Assembly (NCBI GenBank): GCA_028534125.1
Contig: CM052818.1
Span: 3,412,001 to 3,476,000, forward strand
Direction of reading: 5' to 3'
Length of the DNA stretch: 64,000 bases
Source of the DNA: Lama glama
Taxonomy: Eukaryota
Position numbers and translations under genes: made by a program. The notes below the pieces were generated by a model. That model worked only from the letters and a program-made list of their open reading frames with translations. It did not search any database and was not told where the DNA came from. How positions within the stretch are numbered: position 1 is the stretch's first letter; every line of letters starts with the position of its first letter. Positions 38,840 to 54,124 of this stretch are shown here, piece after piece.

Positions 38840-40550
38840 TGGAGAACATATTCTCTACTTTGAGGTAGGCAGGGATTTCTTAGACAGGACCCAAAGAAGC
38901 ACCAGCCATAAAAGGCAGTATCAATAAATAAGATTTCACCAAAATTGAAAAAGGTTTGCTCAACCATAAGCACCTTTAAGAAAATTAACAGAAAAGCCAT
39001 AGATTGAGGGAAAATATTCACAGATCATTTACCTGACAAAGGACTTGAATCTAGAATATATAAGAACTAAAAATCATTAACAGGAGGATCAACAATGTAA
39101 TTGTTAAAATGGGCAAAAGAGTTAAAATGGGCAACAGACACTTCACAAAAGAAGATATAAGAATGACCAACAAGTACATGAAAAGGTGCTGCATGTTATT
39201 CGTTATGCAGAAAATACAAATTTAAACCACAATGAGGTACCATTTCATATTCCCTAAAATGGTTAAAAAAAAAAAACAAAACCTGACCGCATTAAATGTT
39301 GGAGAGGATGTAGAGCAATAGCAACTTTTACATGCTGAACTTTAGAGAACTGTTCGACAGTCTCTAATAAAGTTAAACAGGAATCTACCCTTTGACTTGG
39401 CAATCCCATCTCTAGATATTTACTCAAGATAAGTGAAAACTCATACCCATAAAAAAACTTGGATAAGAGTATTCACATGAGTCTTATTCACAACTTCTCC
39501 AAACTGATAACTCAAATGCCCTTCAACACATGAATGGATAGAGAAAATGTAGAATATTCACACAATGGAATAGATACTATTCAGCAAACCACTGTACAGT
39601 GATAACATGGACGAATCTCAAAAACATTATTCTGAGCGAGTGACACCAAATGAAGTATTTATATGAAATTTATATGAAATTCTGGAAAAAACAAAGCTAA
39701 TAATAGTGCTAGAAAGGGACAAAAGTGGTTGCGTAGTGGCCAGGGATTGGGGGGGGGTGGTGAGGCAGAGGGCACATATTTGCACAGGAGCAGAAGGGAA
39801 GGAACTTTAGGGGGTGATTGAAATGTATGTTCCTTATCTTGATTGGGGCAGTGGTAACCAAATGTATATATTTGTCAAAACTTATTGAACTCACCTCACA
39901 CTCATTAGGATGGCTACAATGAAAACAAAACAAAACAAATCAGAAAATAGCTCGTGGAGAAACTGGAACCCTTGTGTACTGCTGGTAGGAGTGCAAAATG
40001 GTACAACTACTGTGGGAAACAGCAAGGTGGTTCCTCAAAAAGTTTGACAGATGAATGGATACACAAAATGTGGTACAAATACACAATGGAATATTATTCA
40101 GCCTTAAAAAGTAGGGAGATTTGATATGTGCTGGATCTTGAGGACCTTATGCTAAGTGAAGTAAGCCAGTCACAAAAACAGCAATACTGAATGACTCCAC
40201 TCATATTGGTCCTTAGAGCAGTCAAATTCATAAAACAGAAGGTCCAATGGCAGACAGGAGAACAAGGAGTTACAGTTTAGCAGGCTACAGAGTTTCAGTT
40301 TTGCAGATGAAAAGAGTTCTGTGGATGGATGGTGATGATGGTTGCAGAACACTGTAAGTGGACTTAATGCTACTGAACTGAATGCTTAAAAAGAGTCAAG
40401 ATGATAAATTTTATCTAATGTGTATTTTACCACAAGTTTTTAAAGTAATTTTTTAAAAAGTGAACTCCTCTAGAAAACAAAAAAACCTCATTGAACTAAG
40501 CACTTAAGACGTGTGCACTTTATTGTATGTAAATTATCCCTCAATAAGAT
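38840..40550 (+). mobile_element. Old L1 3' region with a nested second old L1 (about 39892-40480)
   Basis: Degenerate ORF2-end motifs; inner element flanked by aaaac(t/ct)(t/c)attgaact at about 39877 and about 40482. Confidence 0.8.
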
Positions 40551-41059
40551 AATAAGCATATATACAGCCAAAAGCATATGATTAAGATACTATTATCTTA
40601 TTACACACATACACAACTTTGTAGGCTGATGGTGGCCTCTCAAGGCTGTTACCTTCATTTAGCAATATCTACTCAAATGCAAAATCCAAAAACCCAAACA
40701 GCTTTCGCACAGCATCCCGGGTAAAATCATGTCTCCTCGGGGATAACAGCTATTCAAAGAGAAAAATCTACCCAGCGCGGTTAAGCTCTGCCACAGGTTA
40801 CACTGTTTTTCCTGATCCATTTTCCGAATTACCTTAGAATCAAAGGCCCTCAAGGAAACACGAAAGGTCACTTAATTCCATGTTCCTCCTTCAGAAATAC
40901 CGTAAGTCAATTACTCCAGGCAAGTAAGACTCTAATACAGGAACCCCAACGGCTGTTCACAAGCTGCTGGTGTTGATCTCCAGTTCTTGTCTCTTCCACC
41001 ACCAGAGCTTCTGTATGTCTATCTGCACTTCGGTGACCCCAAACCCTCCTTACAAATCA

Positions 41060-41545
<486 letters not shown>

Positions 41546-42913
41546 CCTTTTTCCAAACCGTCCTGACAAGTCCCTTCCAGTGTTCTTCCCCTGCTGGCCT
41601 GAGTACTCGGTTCAAAGTACTCTTGTCTCAGCCACCATAAGTCTTAGGGGTGAACGAGGGGAGCGTCTCATCAGAAAAAAGAACCCTGAATCTAGCATCT
41701 GGCCTTTCTCTCATAATCTCCCAGAGGAACTAAAATCCACTCCATCTTTCTTTACAAAATCCTTGTGATACAGGAAGGGAAGAGACAGACAGGACCTGAA
41801 TGAGAAACTAAAGTACCAGACGGGAGGGACTGTGTTGTCCTGTGAGGTTTTATTTGCCTGTAGGTAGGAAAACAGGTATTATGCAGCCCAGGCCTTTCCT
41901 TACCAACACCACCACTTCCGTCTGCATGAGAGAAGAAAAGTCTCTTCCCAGACCAACAGGAATAGCAGCTGAGTTTTCCTTCATAGATCTGCACTGGTTC
42001 AACATTGGAGACCGGGAAGTGGGCAGAGAATAAACACTGCTCTCCGAAGTGTCACGTTTTCTCCTGGTGCCTCCCATGCCCTGCGAATATGCAAGTTCTG
42101 GCTCTGTGGGCAATTCCCCCACCCCCTGGATCCGCCACTCCCTCAGTGGGCCAGGGTTCTACTTCCCAATCTTTCCAGAGTTCAAAGTGACTCTGGCCGA
42201 AGAATACAAAAACAGAATTGTTTAAATTCTTCCACAGTGGATGTCTGATTCACACAGGGAACTTGCTGTTTCTGACGCAGACTCTCCCAGTGTTTTCATT
42301 ACAAGCTTCATGAAGGCACGGGGAAGCAATGGAAGAAACTCGCAACAAAACCCAAACTACAAGGACCGACACAAGACGATGTTGGAAGCTGAGAGGCACT
42401 GAAACTCACTTAAAGCAGACGGAGTGTGTGTGTGTGTTTGTGTACACGGGTTATACGTCTCCATCAGTTCTGTCTGATGTGGGGATCCATCCAGAAAACC
42501 CCACCCCAGCCCACCCACCTGAGTTCGGGAGCTGTGAGGTGGACCCATTACTGACCCTACTCCCCTTGAACCCAGCCAAGAGGTGTCGGGGTGGACGCCA
42601 TGGTGGCAAAGTAGATGCAGGGAAAGGTGACCAAAGAGGAGAATCCTGATAGAAACACATTATATATATATATGCATTTATATTAGATGCATTATCTATC
42701 TATCTATCTCAGAGAAACAGGAATTGGGGGTAGTATAAGATGCCACTTCGGAGAGGCAGAAGAGAACAAAGGAAAAACCAGCTAGAAACTGAGAATTGGA
42801 CCAGGCACTGGACAGACAACTTTTTCTTCTGTTTAAAGCTTACGCCAACTGAAAAAGGTGCACAGGGTGGGACAAAGGTGTTTGCCCTGACTTTTGACAG
42901 ACGCAGTCTATAC

Positions 42914-43986
42914 CTGTGTTATGCAGTGCAGTAGCCATAAGCCACATGTAGTTACTGAGCAACTGAAATGCAGCCAGTGCGACAGAGAAAACAATTTTAA
43001 ATTTTCTTTAGTTTTAACTAAATTTAATTTTAAAATTGAAGCAGTACAAAATAGTTTACCACAACACACAACTGCAATGTTTTGGTGGGGCCACATTTCA
43101 CTTTAACCATCGCATCGTGCAGTGCGCATGGTAGGCACTTTGAATCTTTTCTAGTATTAAACTTTGTCACATCACCGATCCGGTTGATGGCAACAGATTT
43201 ATTCACTTTGACTGATATTATCTATGCACTGATGAAATATTTTTAACGTGCCTATTTGAATATGTTTTACAGACGGCATGAATTACAGTGATATCTACAT
43301 AGACTGTAATTTGTAATTCAATTTAAATAATCATTTAAATTATAACATTATTTTCTAGTGTGAAAAAATAACTTTAGACACACATACAAATTTTAAATGA
43401 AGGCAGCTTACCGATGTGAAATTGAGTGGGGAGGCAGAAGCATTATGACTGCACAGTGAGGAAAAAGAGACTCAATTGACATTAAGAATTAGTGAAGTAA
43501 CATGGACAGATGCTCTTTCAAAAGTGTGATGCTTTTCATTTTAAAGTCAAATCAATTCTTCTAGAAACAGGAACCAGTGTTTTCAATGTGGATGCAAATA
43601 TTAAAGGAAAATTATCTTTTGATTCTCAATTTAGATACTGGAAAACTTTTTTAAGTATGTTGGAAATAATTTGGGTATGTGAATCTACATGAACACTAAA
43701 TTTTATTAAATCTAAACACAGATCAAGTATTTCTAGTGAAACTTCATTAGACAGTTTAAAATACACACCAGTTTGTTAAGACTTAGTATGAAAAGAACAC
43801 TGTAAAATATCTCAATAATTTCTTATATTGATTACATGTTGAAATGATACTTTGGATCTGCTGCGTGAGATCATCAACATTATTAAAATTAATTTCACCT
43901 GTCTCTTTTTACTTTTTAAACTGTGACTACTACATAATTCAAATTTACATCTGTGGCTCAATTTATATTTCTGTTACATAGCACTG
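42914..43986. mobile_element. hAT-Charlie non-autonomous element (MER33/Charlie5-like), about 1.07 kb
   Basis: MER33-like termini (gtagccataagccacatgtagttactgagc... / ...tgtggctcaatttatatttctgttacatagcactg); flanks GTCTATAC / CTCTACAC fit the NTCTAGAN 8-bp target. Confidence 0.7.
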
Positions 43987-46276
43987 CTCTACACGTATCT
44001 CATCCTGTTTAATAATTTTTATAGGTATTCTTGAGCACTTATGTGTCAGACACTGTTCAAAACACTTTACATGAATGATTAGCTCAGACTATCTCTTTTA
44101 AATCTCACCAAAAAGTTGCTTATTTATCTTATTAGTGCCTTAATTTCCCCATTTATTAAAAAAAAAAAGAAAGAAACACACATTATGGACTTACGACAAA
44201 AGAACAAAAGTCTCAGAATATTTAAAGGCAAAACCTATCTCTGAAAATAATCCACTTAATTATTCAGAAGAAACATCCAGGGAACAATTGTGCATCTTCA
44301 ATAATTGGCAGAATAATCGCATTTTAAATAAGAGGAGGAAATGCTTAGCATAGTAACATCAATAAATCTTTGAGACTAAAGATTTTGGCTTAAATATTCC
44401 ATACTCAGCACATCAAGGCCAAGACTAATTTTCAATGATCCTTCTTTTCCTCCCTCTCAAATGGCAAGAGATTTGATTTTTAAAACACACATGTTTATTT
44501 AAGAGGGCTTACCAAATTATACCTAAACAATGTACTTTTCAATACTGTTTGGTTTCAACTAATTTTTTTCCACATAAAAATAGAATCCTCCCACAGGACT
44601 CCTTCTAAAATGGAGAAAGATGAAGACTGAAATGGAGAGTATCTGAGGAGATCATAAAAAATTAACATCTCAAGGGATCACAGAAAAGACATAATGGAAA
44701 ATGCTGGTTAGCTTTTAAAAAATAAGCTTTATTCATTATATTAAAGATAATAAATGTACATGGCAGAAAATTTATTATTTGGTCTTATTTCTATCTTAGC
44801 AACACCAGGATTTTGTAGTTTTAACAATGCAGTGTGGACCCTGGATAGTTAATGCTAATTTTATTGTCACCATTAACCTCTCTTTCCATTCCACTATTAT
44901 TATTTAAATACCTGTATGATTTGATAAACTTGTTTCCAAACCCAGCAGGAACGTGGGTAGAGGTCGAATTTTTCGTTGCAATGCTGAAAATCGTGGATCT
45001 TTCCTACAAACAGGAAAGATCAACCTTCACAGAATTTTAGAGACTGTAAGACCTTTAGCGATTGTCTGTTTCCCCCTTTCATTTCAAATTATTAAATCAA
45101 CTTCAGCACTGAACAGGACATTTTAAAACAATGTAAACTTACCATCCACGTACCACCTACAATCTTTTAGCACGGTTGTAATCACAGTATGCATATCATT
45201 TCGTGTTTTACTCTCTCCTTTTAATTTTTCATATTCTACAAAATTGTCATATTTACCATTTTACTAAACTTATATTCTTCCATCATATTGATATGTTATA
45301 ATTTATTCCACGTCTCTGCTATTGGTTGTTCTGGGTTTCTGATGCTATGACTACAAATTTTATGATTAGCTTTGTAGATATTTTATTCTTCTTTTGACCT
45401 ATTCATTGTGATATCTGATAATTATGAATATTTCCAGTTGGCCTCTAAATTTACAAAGCTATCCAAATTCCAGCCAGCCATAAGCTTGTTTGCTTGCTTG
45501 ACTTATTTATTTATAATTTAATATTTAGATGTGATATTGAACCTTATTACTGGCTTAATTTGCTTTTTTGAATTAGTAGGAACACTGACTCTTTTCTCTT
45601 TTTCTACTTGTCCCCTTCTTTGTGTGAATTATCTGTGTTCATTTTTTGCCCATATTGGGGATCTTGGTGCTTTACTAACATATTCCTAGAAATTATGTAC
45701 ATATTATAAAATGTGATATTTTATATTGCAAATTTGTTATTATGTATTTTTCCAATTTAGTATTCTCCTTTTAGTGTTGTCAAATTTGGGAGAAAAATTT
45801 TAAATCATACCTATCCATCTTTTCCTTTGTACTCCTCCCTCTTATTACTTTAATAGTGAGAAAAGTCTCTTTTTTTGCTGAAATGTTGATAATTGTTGAA
45901 CTAGGTGATGCACATGGGAGTTCATTTTCCTATTCTCCCACTCTGGGTATATGCTGGAAAATGTCTACAATAAAGACATTCTAAAAAGTATTTTTTCCCC
46001 ATTGCTAATCACTTTATTTCTACTAGTTTTTCTCCCACCCCTTTCATGTTCCAGTTGAGAAACTCTTGCCCAGGAAGCTAAAGTAACTCACTTCCTATAT
46101 GACTCATCTTGTTCCCCACCCACTAAGCCACAACCTCTCCTTTTTGAGGCATGGAGAAAACACCCGATGACATGGCTATGACATGGAAAGGGCTCGAATT
46201 CAATTCAAGAGAGTTTGGCTGGAAGATCCCAAGTGTCGGGTGCTTTACTCCTACAAACTTACTCCAACCTGCCCCT

Positions 46277-46720
46277 GCAATAATACATGAAAAGACCAGG
46301 GGTGTGTGGATGAACTTAATAGGCAGCTCTCCAAGGAAAGATTTTGATTTTTAGCCATTTCTTTGGTGTAAATATTTCCAATATGACCAATTTCAAGTTA
46401 CTTATGTGGTGTCAATGAACTTAGAGCTGGGAATAGGTAGACGGGAGTACACCATTATGCAGTATTTCCACCACACAGACGTAAGAGACATAAGTAACTC
46501 CAAGGGCATATGTAAAAGGTAGTAAAATAATTAGAAAATGATGGGCTCTTTTAATATAACTTATTTATAAATATTTCTAATTTAATATAATTTATTTACT
46601 TCTAAGTTCATTTAATTTAATTTTAAATAATGGCTGTATTTAATAATCAGCTTGCAAAACCCCTGAAAATTTAACATCCAGCTCCGATGAGCTGATAAAA
46701 GAACAGTCCAGCACACCACT
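46277..46720 (-). mobile_element. hAT MER63-like element
   Basis: The reverse-strand end CAGTGGTGTGCTGGA...TGTTAAATTTTCAGGGGTTTTGCAAGCTG...CAGCCATTATT matches recalled MER63. Confidence 0.65.
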
Positions 46721-46739
46721 GGGAGACAGAAAAAGGATT

Positions 46740-47110
46740 TTTTAAAAGTTGTGGTAAAATATACGTAACAAAGCTTACCATTTTAATGATTTTTAAGTGT
46801 ACAATTCAGTGGCATTAATTCCATTCATAATGTCATGCAACCATCACCACTATCCATTCCAGAACTTTTCCATCATCCCAAACAGAAACCCTGACCCATT
46901 CAATCGTAATTTGCCATTTCCCCTCCCCTCAGCCCCTGCTAACCATCATTCTACTTCCTGTCTCTATGAATTGGAATTTGACTGCTCTAGGTATCTCATA
47001 TACGTGGAATCGTATCATCTTTGTCCTTTCGTGTCTGGATTATTTCACTTAGCATAATGTTCTCAAAGTTCTCTGAGCATGTATCAGAAATTCCTTCCTT
47101 CTTAAGGTGA
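46740..47110 (-). mobile_element. Old L1 (L1MB-like) 3'UTR
   Basis: ttgtggtaaaatatacgtaaca...tttaagtgtacaattcagtggcattaat...ttatttcacttagcataatg. Confidence 0.8.
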
Positions 47111-47429
47111 AAGCAGGATTTTAAGACCAGTATTTAAGGCCACCTTTAGTGCTCAGACAACCATGCTTGGCCTGGAGGGAGGGCGTGTGGATGTCACTCC
47201 ATCCTCTCACTTCCAAGGAATAAGTCTTCCCTGATTCACTGAAGCACAGAAACCCCAGGGCGTCCAGTCCACCCAGAGCACGGCCCTGGTGGCAAGGTCA
47301 CAGGGCAGCTTTAAGCAAAGAACCGGAAAAAGGCAGAAGGTGCCATGTGTATCATTCAAATCTCACTATTCATCTTGTCAATAAATCCAGACCAGGATTC
47401 AACCTAAAAGAAGTTCACACAACTTAGTG

Positions 47430-47608
47430 AATGTGAAAGTGTAGGTCCCTGAAAGAGAGCATTGCCATCAACTGGGAATTTGCTAAAAGTGTAAATTCTC
47501 AGGCTCCACCTCAGACGGATAGAATCTAAAGCTCTGGGGGTAGGGCAACTGAATTTTTAAGAAGCCCACCAGGTGATTCCGATTTAGTCTTAGATTTGAG
47601 AACCACTG
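47430..47608. mobile_element. MER5A-like MITE
   Basis: aattctcaggctccacctcagac...ggtgattc...tttgagaaccactgctcta. Confidence 0.7.
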
Positions 47609-47640
47609 CTCTATGGCAATGATTCGAAGTTCCAACTATT

Positions 47641-47766
47641 TTAAAAATTTATTTTAATTAATTAATTTTTTGATGGGGGAGGTAATGAGGTTTATTTATC
47701 TATTTTTAGAGGTGCCAGGGACTGAACCCAGAACCTTGTGTTTGCAGCGAGCACTCTTCCCCCTTT
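47641..47766 (-). mobile_element. Vic-1-like SINE lacking the A-box segment
   Basis: B box and cctcattacctccccc tail present; perfect 14-bp TSD AAGTTCCAACTATT at 47627-47640 and 47767-47780. Confidence 0.8.
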
Positions 47767-49270
47767 AAGTTCCAACTATTGATGCCTAAAAAGGTCCCCA
47801 AAAATGCCCTATGGGCATTTCTTAAGTGTAGATTCCCACTTACGATCTTACAACAAGAGTAAGGTAATGAGGGGGAAATAGGAGAAATTATATTAATGGA
47901 AGAGGGAGCCATACCTTAATACTTTTAATACTTTACGCACATGAATAGCTATGCATAAACAGACTCAGGAAATTTGTTTGCCAAAGGTTATTTAAATAGC
48001 AGAGTTCTCCAAACCATCCACTACAAACATGCACTACTCCTGGCAGGCTTGATCTGTTAATTTACAAGACCTGTGAAACTCCAAATTCAAGTCTCTTCCC
48101 ACAAGTGAGTGTCAGCATGGGCTGTAAAGGAAGCCATTCAGCGCTGGAGGTAGGAGGCTGGGAATCCAGAACAAGGGTGGAGATCCAGTCCCTGCTCCAA
48201 GATTAACCCCACCTATGAGAGCCAGTTTATTCTGGCGTAAAACTGAGATAGTGGTAACTATCCTGTCGGATATCTGCAGGGATTAGCAATAATGTCAACT
48301 CCCATTCTACCCTCCTTCCTCATTAAGAGAATCTTCAGGAGTTTAGGGATGGGGTTTGGTATCCAGGAAGCTGGGACTTCCCGAGGAAGAAACAATGATT
48401 GGTCCAAGGCAAGCCCATGCCAACCGCCACACTGGTTTATGAGTGGCCTCTGACCCACTTCTGGCAAATGAGAAATAAAGATAAGCCTGTCTCAAGGCTT
48501 GGAGAGAGGGCTCCCCGGGCTAAAAAAGGATGAATCAGCCTTCCAACTTCCCCCTTTCTTCTGGCCCCCAAAGATGTCAGGGCTCTTGTCTGGAGCTATG
48601 GCTTCAGAGGGTGCCTAACCAATACAGAGCAGAAAGCACCCAGCATGGTATCTGGGAAAAGTTCTCAGACTTCAGTGTGCACAAAAATTGCCCGAAGAGT
48701 GTTTAGAAGTATGGATTTGGGGGATGTTAGACTCTAGAGTCAGTAAATCTTGGGTGGGGATCAGAGACATTATTCAATCAAGTATCAATATGCACCCCTG
48801 ATTATTCCCCTCACATCAGCTCCAGGCCCTGATTCTCAAGTAGCTTGTCTCTGCATGAGACCCCAGTTCCAGAACTGCCACTTGCTGTGTGTGCAGACCC
48901 TCATCATCCTGACTTAAATATTTATTTTGCCCCTGACAGGTACTAGGCACTGTGAGAGACACAAAGATGGAGGAGACACGGCCGGTTTTGCTCTCAAGGA
49001 GCATGTAAGCTGGAAGGTGAAACAAAACCGGGATAAAACTGATCCAATGACAACGCAACACTCGGTACCTGTGATCAGGGCTGCTGGGCAGGGAGAGACT
49101 GCAGACTAAGTCATCCTACCCCAACCTCGAAGAGAGTCCAGGAGCTCTCGTTTGACTAAAGCTTAGAAGGACAGATAGGATTTCAAGAGGAAAGAGTTCT
49201 GCAGGCAGAGAAGACAGTAAAAACGAAGCCTCAGCTCTGATTATGAAGAGTAAGAATTATTTGGAAGGAA

Positions 49271-49500
49271 TAGTTGACCCTTGAACAACATAGGTTTGAA
49301 CTTCCTGGGGCCACTTATATGTGTTTTTTTTTTCTTCCTTTTTTTCCCTAAATACATACTACACCACTACACAATTGGCAGTTGGTTGCATCCGTGGATG
49401 CAGAACGGTGAATACGAATATAGAGGAACCAAGTATAAGAGGGCAGACTGGGAAGTTACACAGATTTTCAGTAGCACAGTGGGTAACCCTAGCCCCCAAG
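49271..49500 (+). mobile_element. Tigger2/MER8-like MITE
   Basis: Starts agttgacccttgaacaacataggtttgaact...ccacttatatgtg. Confidence 0.7.
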
Positions 49501-51932
49501 TTTCCAGCATCAGGTGCATTAGATTCGGAGTTGGGCTGGAGCTTAAGGACATGAAGAGACTGGAGACAAAGGCTGGAACAGTCATTTTCAAAAATGGGTC
49601 AGTCTGTGGGGTGCAGAGGTGGGACTAAAATTTCCAGGCCCTGAAAAATCGCACACATTCATTCAGCACACCTCTGATGAGCGCCCACTGTGTACTAGGC
49701 CAGAGGACGGGGGTTACGTGGTCCTGCCCTCAGAGAAGCTCAAATCTGAGTGGAGGGCACAGGCCCAAGAAAGTGTGACCAGCCCTGTGGCGGGGGGATG
49801 GCAGGGAGACAGAGGCACCTCACCCAATTAAGTCAGTCAGGGAGGGAGCCTGTGTCTAAGCCGAATCTTGACCAGTTGGCCTGGCATTGGACAAGGAAGC
49901 AGGAAGTCTTGTTTCTCCAATCCTGGCTCTCTGCCTTGATTTCCTTCCTGGTACCCAGAGCTTCCTTTTTATTTAAAATCGTCTATCACATAACTGTGTT
50001 AAGCACTGGAGCAGATGCAAAAAAAACCAAACAAACAGGGATTTACAACCTAGGCCAGCAGCTCGTACTATGGGATCTCTAGATTCTCTAGGACCTGTCC
50101 CCCAGTAATTGGTCCTGTCCTGCACGGGCCTACAGAATGACCTTAATTTCTGAGGGCCCTCCCGCTCTGCCCTCTGGGACTAGCCCTGCGCTGGCGGACA
50201 CGCCGCCGCTCCAGTGTGCTGGGTCTTGCTTTCTCATCTCCATCCTTGTGCAGAAGCCCTGCTTCTCCCATCCCACCTCCAAGACGGTTCCCCTTCCAGC
50301 TCTATGCACCTCCTCAGCTCTATGGCAGCCTGTGTACAGGGTATCAAATCATACACCACACAGCCCTGTGAGTTTTGAATTGTTGATTTGCTTGTTTGTC
50401 TCCCTAAGGATGGGGTTGAGGTACTTCATTGTTAAATCCCTGGCATCCATCATGTTGTATAATAAATGAATGAAGCTTTTTCCATTTGGCGGGGGCCACT
50501 GACATCCTGCTTACCACCTGAAGACCCTTCCCTGAGGTGCTGAGCTGCCCCTCCTGCCTTTAGGTGCTGCCCCAAGTTTTACTCCCACAGGAATGGGCCA
50601 CCAGCATCATGACACAGCACATCACCCTGGTTCACTGTCTGCTCTCCACTCCTCACCTACCAGCTGGGACCCCCTGGGCACTTAGAATGACCCAGGTCAA
50701 CATCAAACCCTCTTGGACAAGCGGTTTGGACACAGACTCTCCCTCTTCGCCTCTGAAAAAGCCCAACTTTATAGTCAGCTTAATCTCCCAGCCCTGCCTT
50801 TTCAGGCAGATTCCTGAAACTCATTTTAACTCATTATTGTATTTAACTCACTATACAGTATAACAGAGTAGTAGAACACAGGATATAGAATCAGACGGCC
50901 AAGTTCAAACCCTGGCTCTATCATTTGCTAGTATGTGACATCAAGTAAACTACTCAATCCCTTTGTGTCTCAGTTTCCGCATCTGTATAATGGAGACTGC
51001 ACCTAATATAGATGAATTTAAAAAAAATAACATGCCAGGTGTTTGGCATAGGGTCAGGCCCATCGGAAACACTTGGTGAACATTAGCTATTAATATCTGT
51101 GGCACAGAGACTTCCCAGACTGAGCCACAGTCTGGCTAAAGAAGGAGGTCCAGGCTCTGAAGCCAAGGCCAGGCCCCTCAGTGCCCATGACCTGATATCG
51201 CTGCCAGGACTTTCTCTGACGGAGGGCCCTGCCCTAGCAGGTCTGCCTTGTCTACAGGCCATGACTTATCCCATCTACTTCCTCTCTCTGCTTCTGCAGC
51301 TAAAGACACATCAAATCCTCAAACCATTTAAATATAGAACTTTCCCCACCATGCAAGTCAAGGCATCTCACATTATTTTTGCAACCAGCTAAGGTGTAGC
51401 CAAATGAAATGCATGACAAGAATGAGTGATTGCTGCTTTATCTCATTGGACACAAAAGCACAATTGCATGTAGGTTTTCCTACCCAAATAAGAAAGTATA
51501 TGACCATATATTAACTTCAATGTGGGAAAACTTGATAATTATACATTCTTAATTTCTGTTTCCTTCTCTCTCTCTACAAATAATGTTAAATGGGCAGGTG
51601 CTCTCTGCAACTCTCTACTTAAAAAAACCGGACAATACATGATCATGATTAAAAAAAAAAATTCAGATAGTACAAGAAAGCATATGGTGATGATAAGTCT
51701 GCAAGAACTTCACCACTCCCCACCTACAGGGGCAACCACTCTTCTAATTTTCCTGTGCATCCTTTCAGAAGTACTTATGCATTAACAAATATCTGAGAAT
51801 ATAAACAGCCTCCAACATTCTTATATGCAGAAATGTTAGCATGTCATGTAAAGCTGTATTTTGCTTTAAAAAAATATATATATAGCTTCAATATCATTCT
51901 ACATCTGTTCCTATCAACCTGCACCTTTTTTT

Positions 51933-52515
51933 AATTGAGTTATAGTCAGTTTACAATGTTGTGTCAATTGCCAGTGTAGAGCACAATTTTTCAGTTATAC
52001 ATGAACATACATATATTCGTTGTCATATTCTTTTTCACTGTGAGCTGCCACAAGATCTTGTATATATTTCCCTGTGCTCTACAGTATAATCTTGTTGATC
52101 TATTCTACATATGCCTGTCAGTATCTACAGATTTTGAACTCCCAGTCTGTCACTTCCCACACTCCTCCTCCCTGGCAACCACAAGTTTGTGTTCTCTGTC
52201 TATGAGTCTGTTTCTGTTTTGTATTTATGTTCATTTGTCTTTCTTCCTTTCTTTCTTTTCTTTTTTTTTTAGATTCCACATATGAGTGATCTCATACGGT
52301 ATTTTTCTTTCTCTTTCTGGCTTCCTTCACTTAGAATGACATTCTCCAGGGACATCCATGTTGCTGCAAATGGCATTATGTTGTCATTTTTACGGCTGAA
52401 TAGTATTCCACTGTATAAATATACCACATTTTCTTTATCCAGTCATCTGTCCATGGACATTTAGGCTGTTTCCATGTCTTGGTTATTGTAAATAGTGCTG
52501 CTAGGAACATTGGGG
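51933..52515 (-). mobile_element. Young L1 3' end (same subfamily as 17606-17963)
   Basis: Long TSD AACCTGCACCTTTTTTT at 51916-51932 and 52516-52532. Confidence 0.9.
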
Positions 52516-54124
52516 AACCTGCACCTTTTTTTTAACAGCTGCATTGTATTGCCTGGCATGGATGTCCCATAACTTAACCAGTCACTTACTGACAGATATT
52601 TAGGTCATTTCAATCTGTTAGAGCTACAAAAATGCTGCAATGTATATTTATCCTTGTACACATGTCCAAATATATCTTTAGGATAAATTCCTAGAATTCA
52701 AATTGATGGAATAAAGGTAAATGGATTTTTTTTTATTTTGACAAACACTGCCAAATTTCGGGGCAATTCTACACACAATGTCTAGGTCTCCATGGTTGGG
52801 ATTAGAAGGGTGTCTGTAAACCCTTTGAAACTGTATGGGGAAATGTCAGATATGTGTTTATTCTTCTCCAGAGAGGATTCATGGCTTTAGTCAGGTTCTC
52901 AAAGGAGTCTGTGACTCTAACAAGGATGAGAATTAATGAGTCAGGTCTTCGTACAGCATCAGAGAGCAGCAACAAGAGAAGCCAAAGCTAAGCCGGACCC
53001 AGAAAATGCCTTCCTGAGCGCCCGGAAAGAAGTGAGAGGGTAGATCCTGGGGGCTGATGATACCATGGGGCCTGTGTCTATAAAGGACCCCTCCAGGGGA
53101 GTCTGCGCCACCCCACATAAATCAGGAGAATTTGTTCCCATTCACCATGGGGCCCCTTACGCTGGCTCCTGGTAATAACTTAATAATTTAATGCTACCTC
53201 TTGGGAGGAGGGAGGTGAGTGCCTCACCCTAGAGGACTGAATCCACAGGGAGGTCTTTCTGATGACTTAACAAAAGTCCACGCATGGAGCCTCCTGCTCT
53301 GTTTCAAGTCAGGCTGCTCATGCTGTATTATATCCAGGCCTTCAAGGGTTAAAGATGTTGAGGAGGGAAAAGGTGAAGGTCTTTCCCAGGGTAACTTATA
53401 GTCTGTAATTTATCCCTGCCCCTGATTGTGGATAAAACATTCAATATGGGTTTTATGTCTAGCATACCAGGAGCTATATGCAATTTAGTGACCTCAAACA
53501 TCTTGAATCTTTGAAACAATCTTCAAAAGTGGTGGCTCAGGTTCCCATAGCAACACTCTCAGTCCAGTTCAAACAGAACTTTACATGAACAAGTTACTTC
53601 CCCCTAAAAACCAACAACAGGCAGATTCCTGGGTTACCCCGTCATCCTGGGTCAAAATTTTGGGGATTAGGGATAGAATCTGCGTGCTGTGCGAGCTCCC
53701 TGGGGCATGGACCGGAAGTTTGGAAACTATGGCTTTAGAAGTCATCTTAGTTCAACCTCCCCTTCGGAGCTCCATCAGAAAGGGGCTGTGGCGTCTCTGC
53801 CCTACACATTTCTGGTGAGAGCTCTAGCCAACTCCAAAGCCACCCCACCTTGGGCTTCAAAAGCCACTTCCTTAAATTCAAGTACAACCTGCCATCCAAA
53901 AAAGTCCTACCCAGCTCTGCCCAGCGCCACAACGAAGGAGTTGATTCCCTTATCCACGTGCCAAGCTCCTCAAGAATTCAGGGCCATTAACCTGTACCCC
54001 ACTCTAATGGAATTTAGCCTTTCTAGTCGAAACAGCTCTAATTTTTTCAATCACAGTTCACGTGTCAGCTCAACCAGAAGAAAGTTGAAAAGGAAAAGAA
54101 AAGCATTTAGTCAAGACTTAGTTG

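Noticed and set aside
42424..42710. (GT)n, (TA)n and (TCTA)n tracts
   Set aside because: Short ordinary microsatellites with no higher-order structure.
52959..53141. ORF containing 'LRKAF', reminiscent of ANXA4 exon 3 'LRKAMKG'
   Set aside because: Only four residues match; no flanking similarity or fitting splice sites.
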